Of a DNA stretch of 64,000 bases, positions 45,476-54,885 are shown one piece after another. Source of the DNA: Candidatus Binatia bacterium (GTDB lineage: Bacteria > Desulfobacterota > Binatia > UBA9968 > JAJDTQ01); assembly GCA_963422385.1 (NCBI GenBank), contig OY729432.1, positions 1,989,136-2,053,135 on the forward strand, in the 5' to 3' direction. The position numbers and the translations under genes are program-made. The notes under the pieces were generated by a model. That model saw nothing but the letters and a program-made list of their open reading frames with translations. It did not search any database and was not told the origin of the DNA. Every line of letters starts with the position of its first letter. Position 1 is the stretch's first letter.

Positions 45476-47395
45476 ATGCCATTCCTGACCGCACTGGGCC
45501 GGGTGTACGAGGAGTACGCCGAGGGTAGCCGCAGGCCGTTCACGGGTGTTGCCGCCAAGCTCGTCAGCGGCTTCGCCATCCTGTACTCGCTCTACCACCT
45601 CTACGTCTTCATCATGGGCGTCGGCAAGCTCAACGTGTTTCAGCACCGGGCGACGCATCTGCTGTGGCTTCTGGCTTTTTCCTTCATCGTCTACGCTCCG
45701 AGTGCCAGGAAGACCCGGGTGGGGGTGTGGGACATAGTCCCGGCGGTCCTGTCGATTGCCATCTGGGTCTACATGATGCTCAACCTGGAGCGCATCACCC
45801 TGTGGCTGAGCCTCATCGACGAGCCGCCCCTGCTGGACCTCGTCTTCGGCAGCCTGCTGATCCTGCTGGTGCTCGAGGGGGTGCGGCGGGTGTCGAGGAT
45901 ACTGTTGGTGCTGGTCACCGTGATCTTTCTGCTCTACATGTTCTGGGGCAATCTTCTCGGCGGGATCTGGTGGCACTCGGGCCTGACCTTCGACCGTGTC
46001 ATCGACGTGCTGTTTCTGAGTCCCCAGGGCATGTGGGGCTCGCTGATGAACATTTCCGCCACCTACATCATCCTGTTCGTGCTGTTCGGGCAGTTGCTGC
46101 TGCACTGCGGCGGCGCGGCGTTCTTCGTGGACCTGGCCGACGCCATGGCCGGACGCGCCCGGGGCGGACCGGCCAAGGTGGCGGTGGTGGGAAGCGGCCT
46201 TTTCGGCACCATCTCCGGCAGCCAGATCGCCAATGTCGCCACCAGCGGCTCCTTCACCATCCCGATGATGAAGCGCGTCGGGTTCCGGCCGGAGTTCGCC
46301 GGGGCAGTGGAGCTGTCGGCTTCCATGGGTGGGATGTTCATGCCGCCGGTGATGGCGTCCACCGTCTTCCTGATGAGCGACATCAGCGGCATCCCCTACG
46401 TCGAGATTATCGTGGCGGCGTTCATCCCCGCCTGCCTCTACTTCTTCACGGTCTTCTGGCAGGTGCACATGGAGAGCGTGAAGATGGGCATCATCTCTCC
46501 CACCGAGGGTCGGCGTACGGCGTGGGACGTGCTCAAGGAGGACGGCCACTTCATCGTGCCGCTGGTGGTCATCGTCTGGGTCCTGCTGGAAGGCTATACG
46601 CCCATACGGGCCGCCCTGGTGGCCATGGCGACGCTGCTGGTAGTCACGGCGCTGAGGAAGAAAGGCCGCAAGGAATTCATCAAGAACGTGTTGCTGGGAC
46701 TGGAGACCGGGGCCAAGACCTCCATCATCGTGGCGTTGCCCATCGCCGCTGGCGCCATCATGGTGACGGCGATCTCCGCCACCGGCCTCGGCGGCAAGTT
46801 CGGCTCCATGGTGATGCTGTTCTCCGGCGGCTATCTGTTCCCGGCCCTGGTGATCGCCATGATCGCCTCTCTGGTGCTCGGCGCGCCGTTGTCGGTGGCG
46901 GCCACATATATCCTCACGGCGATCATGATCGTGCCCGTGACCGTGTCCCTGGGCGTGGCGCCGCTGGCCGCGCACCTGTTCGCGGTCTACTTCGCCGTCA
47001 TCGCGCCCATGTCCCCGCCTGCGGGCCCGGCCATGTTCCTGGCCGGCGGGCTGGCCGGAGCCAACCCCATGCTGGTGGGGCTCATCGGCATACGGCTGGC
47101 CATCGGTGCGTTCGTGCTGCCGTTCCTGTTCGTCTTCAATTCCGGCCTGCTGATGGACGGGAGCGTTGTCGGGATTCTGTTCTCGACCGCCATGGCCGCG
47201 CTGGCGCTGTTCGCCCTGGCCGCGGGCTTCGAGGGCTGGATCTCGAAGGAAACCGCCATATGGGAACGCGTACTCCTGGTGGCCGGCGGTTTCACGATGG
47301 TCTTCCCGGGAGTCATCACCCTCAGCGTCGGTGCCGCCGCCGTGATTTTCGCCATCGTAGCCCACTTGGTGAGGGTGAAGGTCGCACGGGCCTGA
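45476..47395 (+). CDS. TRAP transporter fused 4TM/12TM permease
   Basis: RGGPAKVAVVGS, ANVATSGSFTIPMMK, MPPVMAS, AAHLF, SPP. Confidence 0.93.
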   Translation: MPFLTALGRVYEEYAEGSRRPFTGVAAKLVSGFAILYSLYHLYVFIMGVGKLNVFQHRATHLLWLLAFSFIVYAPSARKTRVGVWDIVPAVLSIAIWVYMMLNLERITLWLSLIDEPPLLDLVFGSLLILLVLEGVRRVSRILLVLVTVIFLLYMFWGNLLGGIWWHSGLTFDRVIDVLFLSPQGMWGSLMNISATYIILFVLFGQLLLHCGGAAFFVDLADAMAGRARGGPAKVAVVGSGLFGTISGSQIANVATSGSFTIPMMKRVGFRPEFAGAVELSASMGGMFMPPVMASTVFLMSDISGIPYVEIIVAAFIPACLYFFTVFWQVHMESVKMGIISPTEGRRTAWDVLKEDGHFIVPLVVIVWVLLEGYTPIRAALVAMATLLVVTALRKKGRKEFIKNVLLGLETGAKTSIIVALPIAAGAIMVTAISATGLGGKFGSMVMLFSGGYLFPALVIAMIASLVLGAPLSVAATYILTAIMIVPVTVSLGVAPLAAHLFAVYFAVIAPMSPPAGPAMFLAGGLAGANPMLVGLIGIRLAIGAFVLPFLFVFNSGLLMDGSVVGILFSTAMAALALFALAAGFEGWISKETAIWERVLLVAGGFTMVFPGVITLSVGAAAVIFAIVAHLVRVKVARA

Positions 47396-47411
47396 CTCAT
47401 CCGGCGTCTTC

Positions 47412-47440
47412 TTGACGCCTATGCGGCCAAACACTATCCT
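47412..47440 (+). promoter_or_regulatory. Putative sigma70 promoter
   Basis: TTGACG-17 nt-TATCCT. Confidence 0.55.
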
Positions 47441-47564
47441 TGTATCCGTCCGTACGTCCTTGGTATCGGGAGGAGGCCGCGCGCCCGTATTGAACGGGGC
47501 GGCAAGACCTCGGCGTCTACCGGAAGGATGTCGGCCCCTTCTCGATCGAAGCTGTCACGAAAGG

Positions 47565-47954
47565 ATGACCGCAGTGCCTCAGGAGAAGATCACCAACGTG
47601 TCCGTTCCCGTGCTGGATCAACAGGCCGCCAAGGCCTTCTACATGGAGAAGCTGGGATTCGAGCTGGTTGTCGAGGCCGAAATGCCCGACATGGACGACA
47701 AGTGGATTCAACTCAAGCCGCCCGCCGGGGAAACTTCGATCTCACTGGTGACGTGGCTCCCGTCGCTGTCTCCGGGTTCGCTGGATGGAGTCGTGATGAG
47801 CACCGACGACATCGATGCCAGCCGTGCGCAACTCGCGGGCCTGGAGGTGGAGATCACGGACGTTACGGACGCGGAGTGGGGCCGATGGGCGACCTTCCGC
47901 GACCTGGACGGAAACGGCTGGGTGCTGGTGCAGATGCCGGAACGTGAGGATTAG
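47565..47954 (+). CDS. VOC/glyoxalase family protein
   Basis: SVPVLDQQAAKAFYMEKLGF...WGRWATFRDLDGNGWVLVQ. Confidence 0.92.
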   Translation: MTAVPQEKITNVSVPVLDQQAAKAFYMEKLGFELVVEAEMPDMDDKWIQLKPPAGETSISLVTWLPSLSPGSLDGVVMSTDDIDASRAQLAGLEVEITDVTDAEWGRWATFRDLDGNGWVLVQMPERED

Positions 47955-48585
47955 CGGAGAGTTGGCTTCAGCGCGGACAGTGCTTGTCGTGCTCCTGCTG
48001 GCATGGGTGTCAGGTTGCTCCCATGCGCCGCCGCCGCAAAATCAGCGGGACATTTGCCAGGTCTTCGCGCAGTATCCGGACTGGTACGACTACGCCCGCG
48101 ATTCCCGGAGCAAGTGGGGAACGCCGGTGCACATCCTCATGGCCTTCGTGCGCCACGAGTCCAGCTACCGCAGCCATGCCAAGCCGCCCAGACGGTGGCT
48201 GTGGTTCATTCCATTGGGGCGCCCGTCGTCGGCCCGGGGATATGCCCAGGCCCAGGATCCGGTCTGGGGCGAATACCAGGCAGAGCGGGGCAGGCTGTTC
48301 CGCAGCCGCTCGGACATGGAGGACGCCCTCGACTTCATCGGCTGGTACAACCACAAGACCTGGCGGCAACTCGGCATTTCTCGCGACGACCCCGAGAAAC
48401 TTTACCTCGCCTATCACGAGGGCCGCGGCGGCTATCGACGCGGCACCTGGAAAAAGAAGCCGCAATTGCAGCGTATCGCCAGAAGCGTGGCCGCCACCGC
48501 CGGCCGGTACCGCTCGCAGCTCGCCCAATGCGAATCGCGTTTCCGCTGCGACTCCTGGTACCAGGTATGGCCGCTGTGCCGCTGA
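47944..48585 (+). CDS. Lytic transglycosylase-like (SLT_3-type) lipoprotein
   Basis: Lipobox VSGC, FVRHESSY, SSARGYAQA, LYLAYHEGRGGY. Confidence 0.82.
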   Translation: MRISGELASARTVLVVLLLAWVSGCSHAPPPQNQRDICQVFAQYPDWYDYARDSRSKWGTPVHILMAFVRHESSYRSHAKPPRRWLWFIPLGRPSSARGYAQAQDPVWGEYQAERGRLFRSRSDMEDALDFIGWYNHKTWRQLGISRDDPEKLYLAYHEGRGGYRRGTWKKKPQLQRIARSVAATAGRYRSQLAQCESRFRCDSWYQVWPLCR

Positions 48586-48773
48586 CCATTCCCGGACGCC
48601 CGGTATCATTCCTGCGATTCATACGATGCCCGGGTGGCGGGTCCTCAAAAGGCAAATCGTTCCCATGTTCATTTCCGTCATTCCATGCCTCCCCCCTTGC
48701 AAACCGCCACGACTCTGTCATAGAGTTCGGTCGCTCATCGGCTTGCGATGAAGAAAAACCAAGGAGTGTCGAA

Positions 48774-49799
48774 ATGAAGCAATTCAGGAACAAATGGGCG
48801 GTCCCGGCAGCGCTGCTGGTGTTCGGTATCGCAACTCTGGCGGCCTCGGCCGGAAGCGCCGCGGACATGAAGACCATCACCGTGGGCCGGACCACATCTG
48901 CGAGCGGGTTCCACATCCCCTCCTATATCGCCATGGACCAGGGCATCTTCAGGAAGCACGGACTGGACGCCAAATACGTCAGCATGAGCGGCAAGGCCCT
49001 GCTCAACGCCGGCATCGCCAAGCAGATCGACTACGTGCCCATCCCCGGCGGCGGCTCCCAGGCTGCGCTCAAGGGCGCCCCGATCACCTACCTGGTGGGC
49101 CAGTCCCTCATCTCCCAGTGGACCATTACCGCCCACAAGAGCATCAAGACGGTCGAGGATCTCAAGGGCAAGATCATCGGTCTGGGACGGCCCGGCAGCG
49201 CCGACTACGATGAGGCCGACATCGTGCTGTCGAAAAACTTCGGGATGGAGCCAGGGAAGGACTACAAGGTCATCAGCTTCCGGGGTGAGGCCGAAAGGAT
49301 CGCCGCCATGATCAACGGCGACATCCACGCCGGCCTCCTCACGTTCCCGCACGCCGCCAAGGCCAAGCTTGCCGGCTTCAAGGTCGTGTTGAAGACCGGC
49401 AAGTACCTGCCCCGCATCGGTGGCACCTTCTGGGTCCACAACGACTATCTCAAGGCCAATCGGGCAACGGCCAAGGCCTTCATCCACGCCATGGCCGAAG
49501 CCGCCGAGTACATGGAGTCCAACAAGGAAGGGTCCGTGGACGTGATCCAGAAGTACTTCGCCATGAAGGACCGCAGGGAAGCCGAAGGCGTCTGGGAGGA
49601 AGTGTTCGACCAGTACGGCCCGGACCTGCCTGAAGCCTTGGTCAAGAGCCTGTTCTCTTCCCGCGTCAAGCGCATGATGGCCAAGAACCTCTGGCCCAAG
49701 GACAAGCCTCTCCCTGACGTCGAGAAGTTCGTCGCCAGGGATCTTCTGAACGAGACCCTGAGGGAGCGGGGCTACTACCTGCAGCCCAAGCCGCTGTAG
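48774..49799 (+). CDS. ABC transporter substrate-binding protein, NMT1/THI5-like
   Basis: Signal peptide, YIAMDQGIFRKHGLD, VEDLKGKIIG; AAGGAG RBS. Confidence 0.88.
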   Translation: MKQFRNKWAVPAALLVFGIATLAASAGSAADMKTITVGRTTSASGFHIPSYIAMDQGIFRKHGLDAKYVSMSGKALLNAGIAKQIDYVPIPGGGSQAALKGAPITYLVGQSLISQWTITAHKSIKTVEDLKGKIIGLGRPGSADYDEADIVLSKNFGMEPGKDYKVISFRGEAERIAAMINGDIHAGLLTFPHAAKAKLAGFKVVLKTGKYLPRIGGTFWVHNDYLKANRATAKAFIHAMAEAAEYMESNKEGSVDVIQKYFAMKDRREAEGVWEEVFDQYGPDLPEALVKSLFSSRVKRMMAKNLWPKDKPLPDVEKFVARDLLNETLRERGYYLQPKPL

Positions 49800-49823
49800 A
49801 CAGACCTTCCAGGCCTGCTTTTC

Positions 49824-49854
49824 CGGGGCACGCGGGACCGACCCGCGTGCCCCG
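49824..49854. terminator. Perfect 13-bp hairpin downstream of binding-protein gene
   Basis: CGGGGCACGCGGG-ACCGA-CCCGCGTGCCCCG; lacks a clear U-tract. Confidence 0.45.
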
Positions 49855-50059
49855 TGGTCGTGTGGATTCCCGCCCGATGGCCCACAAAAGCTTTTCGGTC
49901 GGGCCTTTGTGCAGCCTGCCTCCAAAGACCTTGGAACACACGGAATCGAGAAACAAGCATCTTGCCGATGGACGTTGGGCGCATGGTATGCTTGACAAGG
50001 TTCGGAAACCAGGTCCGGGAAATCTGTTTTGCAAGGTAACGTGAAGACGGCGCCGACGG

Positions 50060-50375
50060 ATGCTGACCAAGCCCACCATACGAAACTTCAAGCGCTTCGG
50101 TGAAGTCGAGATCGGGCTCGGCAGCCCGGTGGTCTTCATTGGCCCGAACAATTCCGGAAAGACCTCGGCCATGCAGGCGCTCGCCCTCCGGGACATCGGG
50201 CTCGGATTGGAGTTCGACTACGCGAACGAAGAGTCCTTCCATTGCCGGCCCCTCCGTCAATCTGACGGCAAAACGCCGGAGCGTATGCCGGTCCCGGAGG
50301 AAGCCGGTCATGCGCGGATCGCGTTCCTGCCCCCGATGTCCGGGCTCGCGGCTACGGAAACCCGGCTCGACCTGT
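50060..50375 (+). pseudogene. AAA (OLD/AAA_15-like) ATPase remnant
   Basis: IRNFKRF, IGPNNSGKTS, then abruptly GLEFDYANEES...AFLPPMSGLAATE; no Walker B. Confidence 0.75.
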
Positions 50376-50589
50376 CTTCAGCCGGATTCGTGTCGCCAAT
50401 TTCAAGGCGTTCGCTGCTGTATGACGGGTGTCCTTGCGACCGATCAGTTTGCCGATCTCATATCTGTCGCCGGCCGGCGTAGTCAGGTGCCGATCGTCTT
50501 TTACGCTTAAGAGCATCTTGGGACTCCTTTCGCCATGCGATTATAGTTTTTGGTTAGGGGGGCTTATCCCCACGGCGGAATAGACACCC

Positions 50590-50690
50590 TTGGGTCACCT
50601 GCGTCTCATCCGCTGCCAAGGCGTCACAGCGCTTGACAGGGAAGCCATCGAAGGTCAGGATCTGCTTCCCGCCAAAGTTCTCGAAAGATC
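50590..50690 (-). pseudogene. Possible phage major capsid C-terminal fragment
   Basis: FGGKQILTFDGFPVKRCDALAADETQV resembles the 'GK....FDGIPVRRCDAL...E..V' capsid terminus. Confidence 0.45.
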
Positions 50691-50758
50691 GTCGAGATTC
50701 ACCGCGTGTGCTACGAGGAGTCGTTCTGCGTGGACAGTTCAACCTTCCGCAGGCAACA

Positions 50759-51808
50759 TCATGAGCCCGCTACCTCGCCGGCAGGAAACTCCCGCACCCG
50801 GCGGACGCCATCGGTCGATGGGCCGATAATGCGGAGCGCTTCGGCCGTTTCATTTTCGGGTAGCGGCTCTTGGCCCTTCGCCTTGCCGGCCTGCGCCACG
50901 CTCTTGAGTGACATGAGCTTGTCAGCGCCGGCGATTGCCGCAGCATCGCCGCCATACCACTCGAACCAGGGAAGACCGGCTTTGGTATAGTCCTTCGCTG
51001 TGGGCGGGGGAGTCGGCGGACGCTCCCCGCTGATTGCCACCCACTGGACGGAATTGGCCAGAGTAACGAAGCAGCGACTCGCATGCCGCTGGTCCCAGGC
51101 GTCCAGGCCATAGGGGTCATCATAGATTTCCTGCTTCATCCGGCCGCCGGGCGCCAAGCCCATCCCCGGCGCTTCGAGCGATTCGCATTCGTAGGAAAGC
51201 GATTCGCATGCGTAGGAAGGCAAGTCTTGCTCGTGCCGGGCGATCAGCCTCTGGTATCGTTCGCGCTTCATGGGATAGACGACGATCTGAAGGCCGCCGT
51301 GCCTTGCGGCGCCCGTAAGTTGTTCCTCGACGGTGTAGCCTTCGTCCAAGGGCATGGCAACGAACTGACGAATCACTCCTTTCTCGACACAGTAGCCGTC
51401 GAGCCACGGCTGTTCCGGCAATACGACATAGTCCTGCGGATCGCGGTTCAGGTGATCTACCCAACTGTCGCCGGTGAGCGCGCAGATTTTACCGGTTGCG
51501 ATCTTCACCGCGAATGGATAAGCGGACGCGCTGAACCGGCGCACCCCGCCGGTGCTGAAAGCGATCCACATGGCCTCGGTTTGGTGAATCGGCGCGATCA
51601 CACCGCCGCGGTGGCGCCATTCCTCGGGCAAGCGCCGCACATAGTCGTCCAGATGCCGCAAAGGGAAGGCGCCAAGGCCCGGCGGCAGCGGGTAGTCCCT
51701 GCCGTCGTCCGGGATTCGCAAGGTGCGCTGAAACTTGATGGCGCAGTGCGCCTCATCGTGGATTGCGGGAAACCTGAATACCAGTCTGTCGTACTCCAGC
51801 GTGATCAT
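50759..51808 (-). CDS. Conserved uncharacterised protein
   Basis: FQRTLRIPDDGRDYPLPPGLG.FPL, EAMWI.F, QDYVVLPEQPWLDG, RQFVAMPL, MGLAPGGRMKQEIYDDP; GAGG RBS. Confidence 0.8.
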   Translation of the reverse strand: MITLEYDRLVFRFPAIHDEAHCAIKFQRTLRIPDDGRDYPLPPGLGAFPLRHLDDYVRRLPEEWRHRGGVIAPIHQTEAMWIAFSTGGVRRFSASAYPFAVKIATGKICALTGDSWVDHLNRDPQDYVVLPEQPWLDGYCVEKGVIRQFVAMPLDEGYTVEEQLTGAARHGGLQIVVYPMKRERYQRLIARHEQDLPSYACESLSYECESLEAPGMGLAPGGRMKQEIYDDPYGLDAWDQRHASRCFVTLANSVQWVAISGERPPTPPPTAKDYTKAGLPWFEWYGGDAAAIAGADKLMSLKSVAQAGKAKGQEPLPENETAEALRIIGPSTDGVRRVREFPAGEVAGS

Positions 51809-51821
51809 CGTCGGTCCCTCC

Positions 51822-52175
51822 TCACCATTCGCCGTCCCGCACCTCGCGCACTACGCGAAGAATGGCGTCGTCCGGTGCTTCCCTTAGTTGTCTGATCAAT
51901 TCCGCGAACAGTGCGGGTCGCTTGCGGATGATCTCCTGAAGATCGCTCGACACTTTCCCCGCCATGGCCAAGAGCACGTCGGGATCCTCGCCCAGCTCCC
52001 GTGCCAGACGCACAGCCGTCGCCTCCGAGGGAGGCGGGACGTCGCCCCGCTCGATCTTGCTCAAATAGGCAGGCTCGATGCCGATGCGCAGGGCCGTCTG
52101 GCGCACCGAAAAGCGCCTGTCCTTCAGCCGCAGATGCTCACGCCGGTGGCGTATGGTTTTGCCGAAATATGTCAT
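51822..52175 (-). CDS. XRE-family HTH transcriptional regulator
   Basis: SVRQTALRIGIEPAYLSKIERG..PPPSE. Confidence 0.9.
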   Translation of the reverse strand: MTYFGKTIRHRREHLRLKDRRFSVRQTALRIGIEPAYLSKIERGDVPPPSEATAVRLARELGEDPDVLLAMAGKVSSDLQEIIRKRPALFAELIRQLREAPDDAILRVVREVRDGEW

Positions 52176-52269
52176 GTGTCCTATCTAGTACACATTTCTG
52201 TCAACGTCAAGACCCGGGTCTGCCCGAAAACGCACTGCTCATCCAACCGGTGACCAGGCCGGCGCGCCC

Positions 52270-53070
52270 TTAGAACGTCTTCACCTGCTCCGGCCGCCAG
52301 CGGCTCAGGCGGTTCTCCAGCTTCTTGACGGCCAGGGTCATCACGAGGGAGATGCCCATGAACAGGACGAGGCCGGCGAAGACCACGTCCACCACGTAGT
52401 TGCCCGCGGCCGCGGCCATGAGGTAGCCGACGCCCTGATTGGCGCCGAAGAATTCTCCCACCACCACGCCGAGGATGGCGCGGCCGATGGCGAGCCGCAG
52501 GCCCGCGATGATGTAGGGGAGGGAGTTGGGCAGCACCACGATCTTCATGAGCTGCCATTCGTTGGCGCCGAAGGAGCGGACCACGTTGACGAGCACGCGG
52601 TCCACGTTCTTGACGCCTTCGTAGGTGTTGATGAGGAGCGGGAAGAGGGCGCCGATAAAGACGATCACCACTGTGGACCAGATCCCGAAGCCGAACCAGA
52701 GCACCACCAGCGGCAGGAATACCAGCCGGGGGGTGGCGTTGAACGCGGTCACGAAGGGGTCGAACATGGCGTTCAACGTGTCGAAGCGGCCCATGACCAG
52801 CCCCACCGGCAATCCCACGGCGATGGAAAGCCCGAGCCCGATGACGAACTCGCTGGCGCTGACGTAGAAGTGAAACGCCATCTCGCCGGAGGTGGTCATC
52901 TCGAAGAGCTTGATCGCGATGTGGTACGGGGTGGTGAAGAAGAGCGCCAGTCCCTTGGGCAGCGTCACCACCACGGGCAGCAACTCCCAGCCCACCAGGA
53001 ACAGCACGATGAAGCCCCATCCCAGGATGGGCTCCTCGTTCTCCCGGTACTGTGCGAGGTAGCGGTTCAT
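52270..53070 (-). CDS. NitT/TauT ABC transporter permease
   Basis: PRLVFLPL, VVRSFGA, LPNSLPYIIAGLR, VVGEFFGA. Confidence 0.92.
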   Translation of the reverse strand: MNRYLAQYRENEEPILGWGFIVLFLVGWELLPVVVTLPKGLALFFTTPYHIAIKLFEMTTSGEMAFHFYVSASEFVIGLGLSIAVGLPVGLVMGRFDTLNAMFDPFVTAFNATPRLVFLPLVVLWFGFGIWSTVVIVFIGALFPLLINTYEGVKNVDRVLVNVVRSFGANEWQLMKIVVLPNSLPYIIAGLRLAIGRAILGVVVGEFFGANQGVGYLMAAAAGNYVVDVVFAGLVLFMGISLVMTLAVKKLENRLSRWRPEQVKTF

Positions 53071-53852
53071 CGTGTTTCCTGGGTCCGCCAGGGAGCGATG
53101 GCGAGCTCGGCCTTGCGCAGGCCCTGGGTAAAGATGACGGCGATGATCATCAGCACGAGAATGCACACGAACATCTGCGCCAGTTGGTACATGTCGCCGT
53201 ACCAGATCAGCGCGTGGCCGATGCCCTCGGAGGCGGCGTAGAACTCGCCGACGATGATGCCGACGATGCCCCGGCCGATGGCGATCCTGGCTCCCGCCAC
53301 GATGTAGGGCAGGGTGCTCGGCAGGATGACCTTGAGGTAGAGGTCGCGCTCCTTGCCGCCCAGGGACTTGACCACGTTGATGAGCAGCGTGTCCACCGAC
53401 CGGACGCCGGCGAAGGCGTTGAAGATGAACGGGAACACCGCCAGGAGGAAGATCAGGATGGCCTTGCCCTTGACCCCCACGCCGAACATGACGATGAGGA
53501 GCGGCGCCAGCGCCACCAGCGGGCTGGCGTACATGGCGGTAAGGAACGGGTCCAGGGTGAACGCCACCCGCCGCCTCCAGCCCATGACCACCCCCAGCGG
53601 GATGCCGACGACCACCGCGGCCGCGAACCCGAACACGAACGGCCTGCCGCTGACGTAGAGGTCCTTCCAGAGCTCGCCGCTCAGGATCAGATCTCCCGTC
53701 GCCTCGGCCATCAGGGACGGCTTGGTGATGAAGAACGGGTTGAACGCGAACACGTAGGTCAGCAGGAACTCCCACACGAGGAAGAAGCCCACCACGGCGC
53801 CCGCCCCGAGCAGGAACCGCACGCTGCGTTCCGACAGCCCCTTGAATCCCAT
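53067..53852 (-). CDS. NitT/TauT ABC transporter permease
   Basis: PLVALAPL, LPSTLPYIVAGAR, IVGEFYAASEGIG. Confidence 0.92.
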   Translation of the reverse strand: MGFKGLSERSVRFLLGAGAVVGFFLVWEFLLTYVFAFNPFFITKPSLMAEATGDLILSGELWKDLYVSGRPFVFGFAAAVVVGIPLGVVMGWRRRVAFTLDPFLTAMYASPLVALAPLLIVMFGVGVKGKAILIFLLAVFPFIFNAFAGVRSVDTLLINVVKSLGGKERDLYLKVILPSTLPYIVAGARIAIGRGIVGIIVGEFYAASEGIGHALIWYGDMYQLAQMFVCILVLMIIAVIFTQGLRKAELAIAPWRTQETR

Positions 53853-53862
53853 ATGACTCTCT

Positions 53863-54639
53863 CTACTCTCTCGGGTTCAGCTCGTCCTTGAGGGTGTTCC
53901 AGATGTCGAGCTTGATGTCGTTGAATTCCGGCGACAGCCGCATCTCGTAACCCCGCGGCCTCGGAAGGTTGATCTTGATGATCCGCTTGGTCCTGCCGGG
54001 CCTGGCGGTCATGACGATGACGCGGTCCGACAGATAGGCGGCTTCCTCGATGCTGTGGGTGACGAACAGAACGGTCTTCTTGTGCTTGTCCCAGATCTGC
54101 AGCAGCTCGGCCTGCATGAGGTCCCGGGTCTGGGCGTCCAGCGCCGCGAAGGGCTCGTCCATGAGCAGCACCTCGGGGTCCGTGGCCAGCGCCCGGGCAA
54201 GACCCACCCGCTGCTTCATGCCTCCGGACAACTCGTGCGGAAAGTGTCCCTCGAACCCGGTGAGCCCAACCAGGTTGACGAGCTCCTGGGCTCGGGGGCG
54301 GCGTGTGGCGACCGGCTCTCCCTTGAGCTCCGGACCGAGCTCCACATTGGCCATGACCGTCCGCCACGGCAGCAGGCCGAACTCCTGGAAGACCATGGCG
54401 CGCTCGATGCCCGGACCGGTGATCTTCTTGCCGCCGATCTCCATCTCGCCCCGGTCGGGCTTCAGGAGCCCCAGCAGCACGTTCAGGAACGTGCTCTTGC
54501 CGCAGCCCGACGGCCCCACGATGGAGACGAACTCGCCGCTGTTCAGCTCGATGCGGAAATCCTTGAGGGCGGTGACCGGATCCCGGTTCTTGGGTGTGAA
54601 CGTCAGCGTAATGTCGGTGGATCGGATGTAGGGTTCCAT
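53863..54639 (-). CDS. NitT/TauT ABC transporter ATP-binding protein
   Basis: GPSGCGKST, LSGGMKQRV, LLMDEPF, VTHSIEEA. Confidence 0.94.
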   Translation of the reverse strand: MEPYIRSTDITLTFTPKNRDPVTALKDFRIELNSGEFVSIVGPSGCGKSTFLNVLLGLLKPDRGEMEIGGKKITGPGIERAMVFQEFGLLPWRTVMANVELGPELKGEPVATRRPRAQELVNLVGLTGFEGHFPHELSGGMKQRVGLARALATDPEVLLMDEPFAALDAQTRDLMQAELLQIWDKHKKTVLFVTHSIEEAAYLSDRVIVMTARPGRTKRIIKINLPRPRGYEMRLSPEFNDIKLDIWNTLKDELNPRE

Positions 54640-54840
54640 CGGCCCCGAAGCTACTACAATGACGGTGGGGTGACAAGTGGCGCGCCCGCGTCCGGGTGGA
54701 TTCCATTGCACCAGGGTCGGCGCCGGGGCGCCGACCTGCCGGACGCGGTTCGGGAAGCGAGCGGCAAGGGCAGCGGGCGCACTCGCAGGATCAGATGAGA
54801 GGGGAGTTGAGACGAGGTGGTGGGAGTGGCGACGAGTTAT

Positions 54841-54869
54841 TTGACACGCCCTGTTGGAGCGACTACGTT
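54841..54869 (+). promoter_or_regulatory. Putative sigma70 promoter of glycosylation locus
   Basis: TTGACA-17 nt-TACGTT. Confidence 0.5.
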
Positions 54870-54885
54870 CCAACACCTTAGAGCG

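Noticed and set aside
47515-47535. CCGGAAGG resembling the SRP RNA (ffs) loop
   Set aside because: The flanking CAGG and AGCAGC consensus is absent; kept only as an unknown structured leader.
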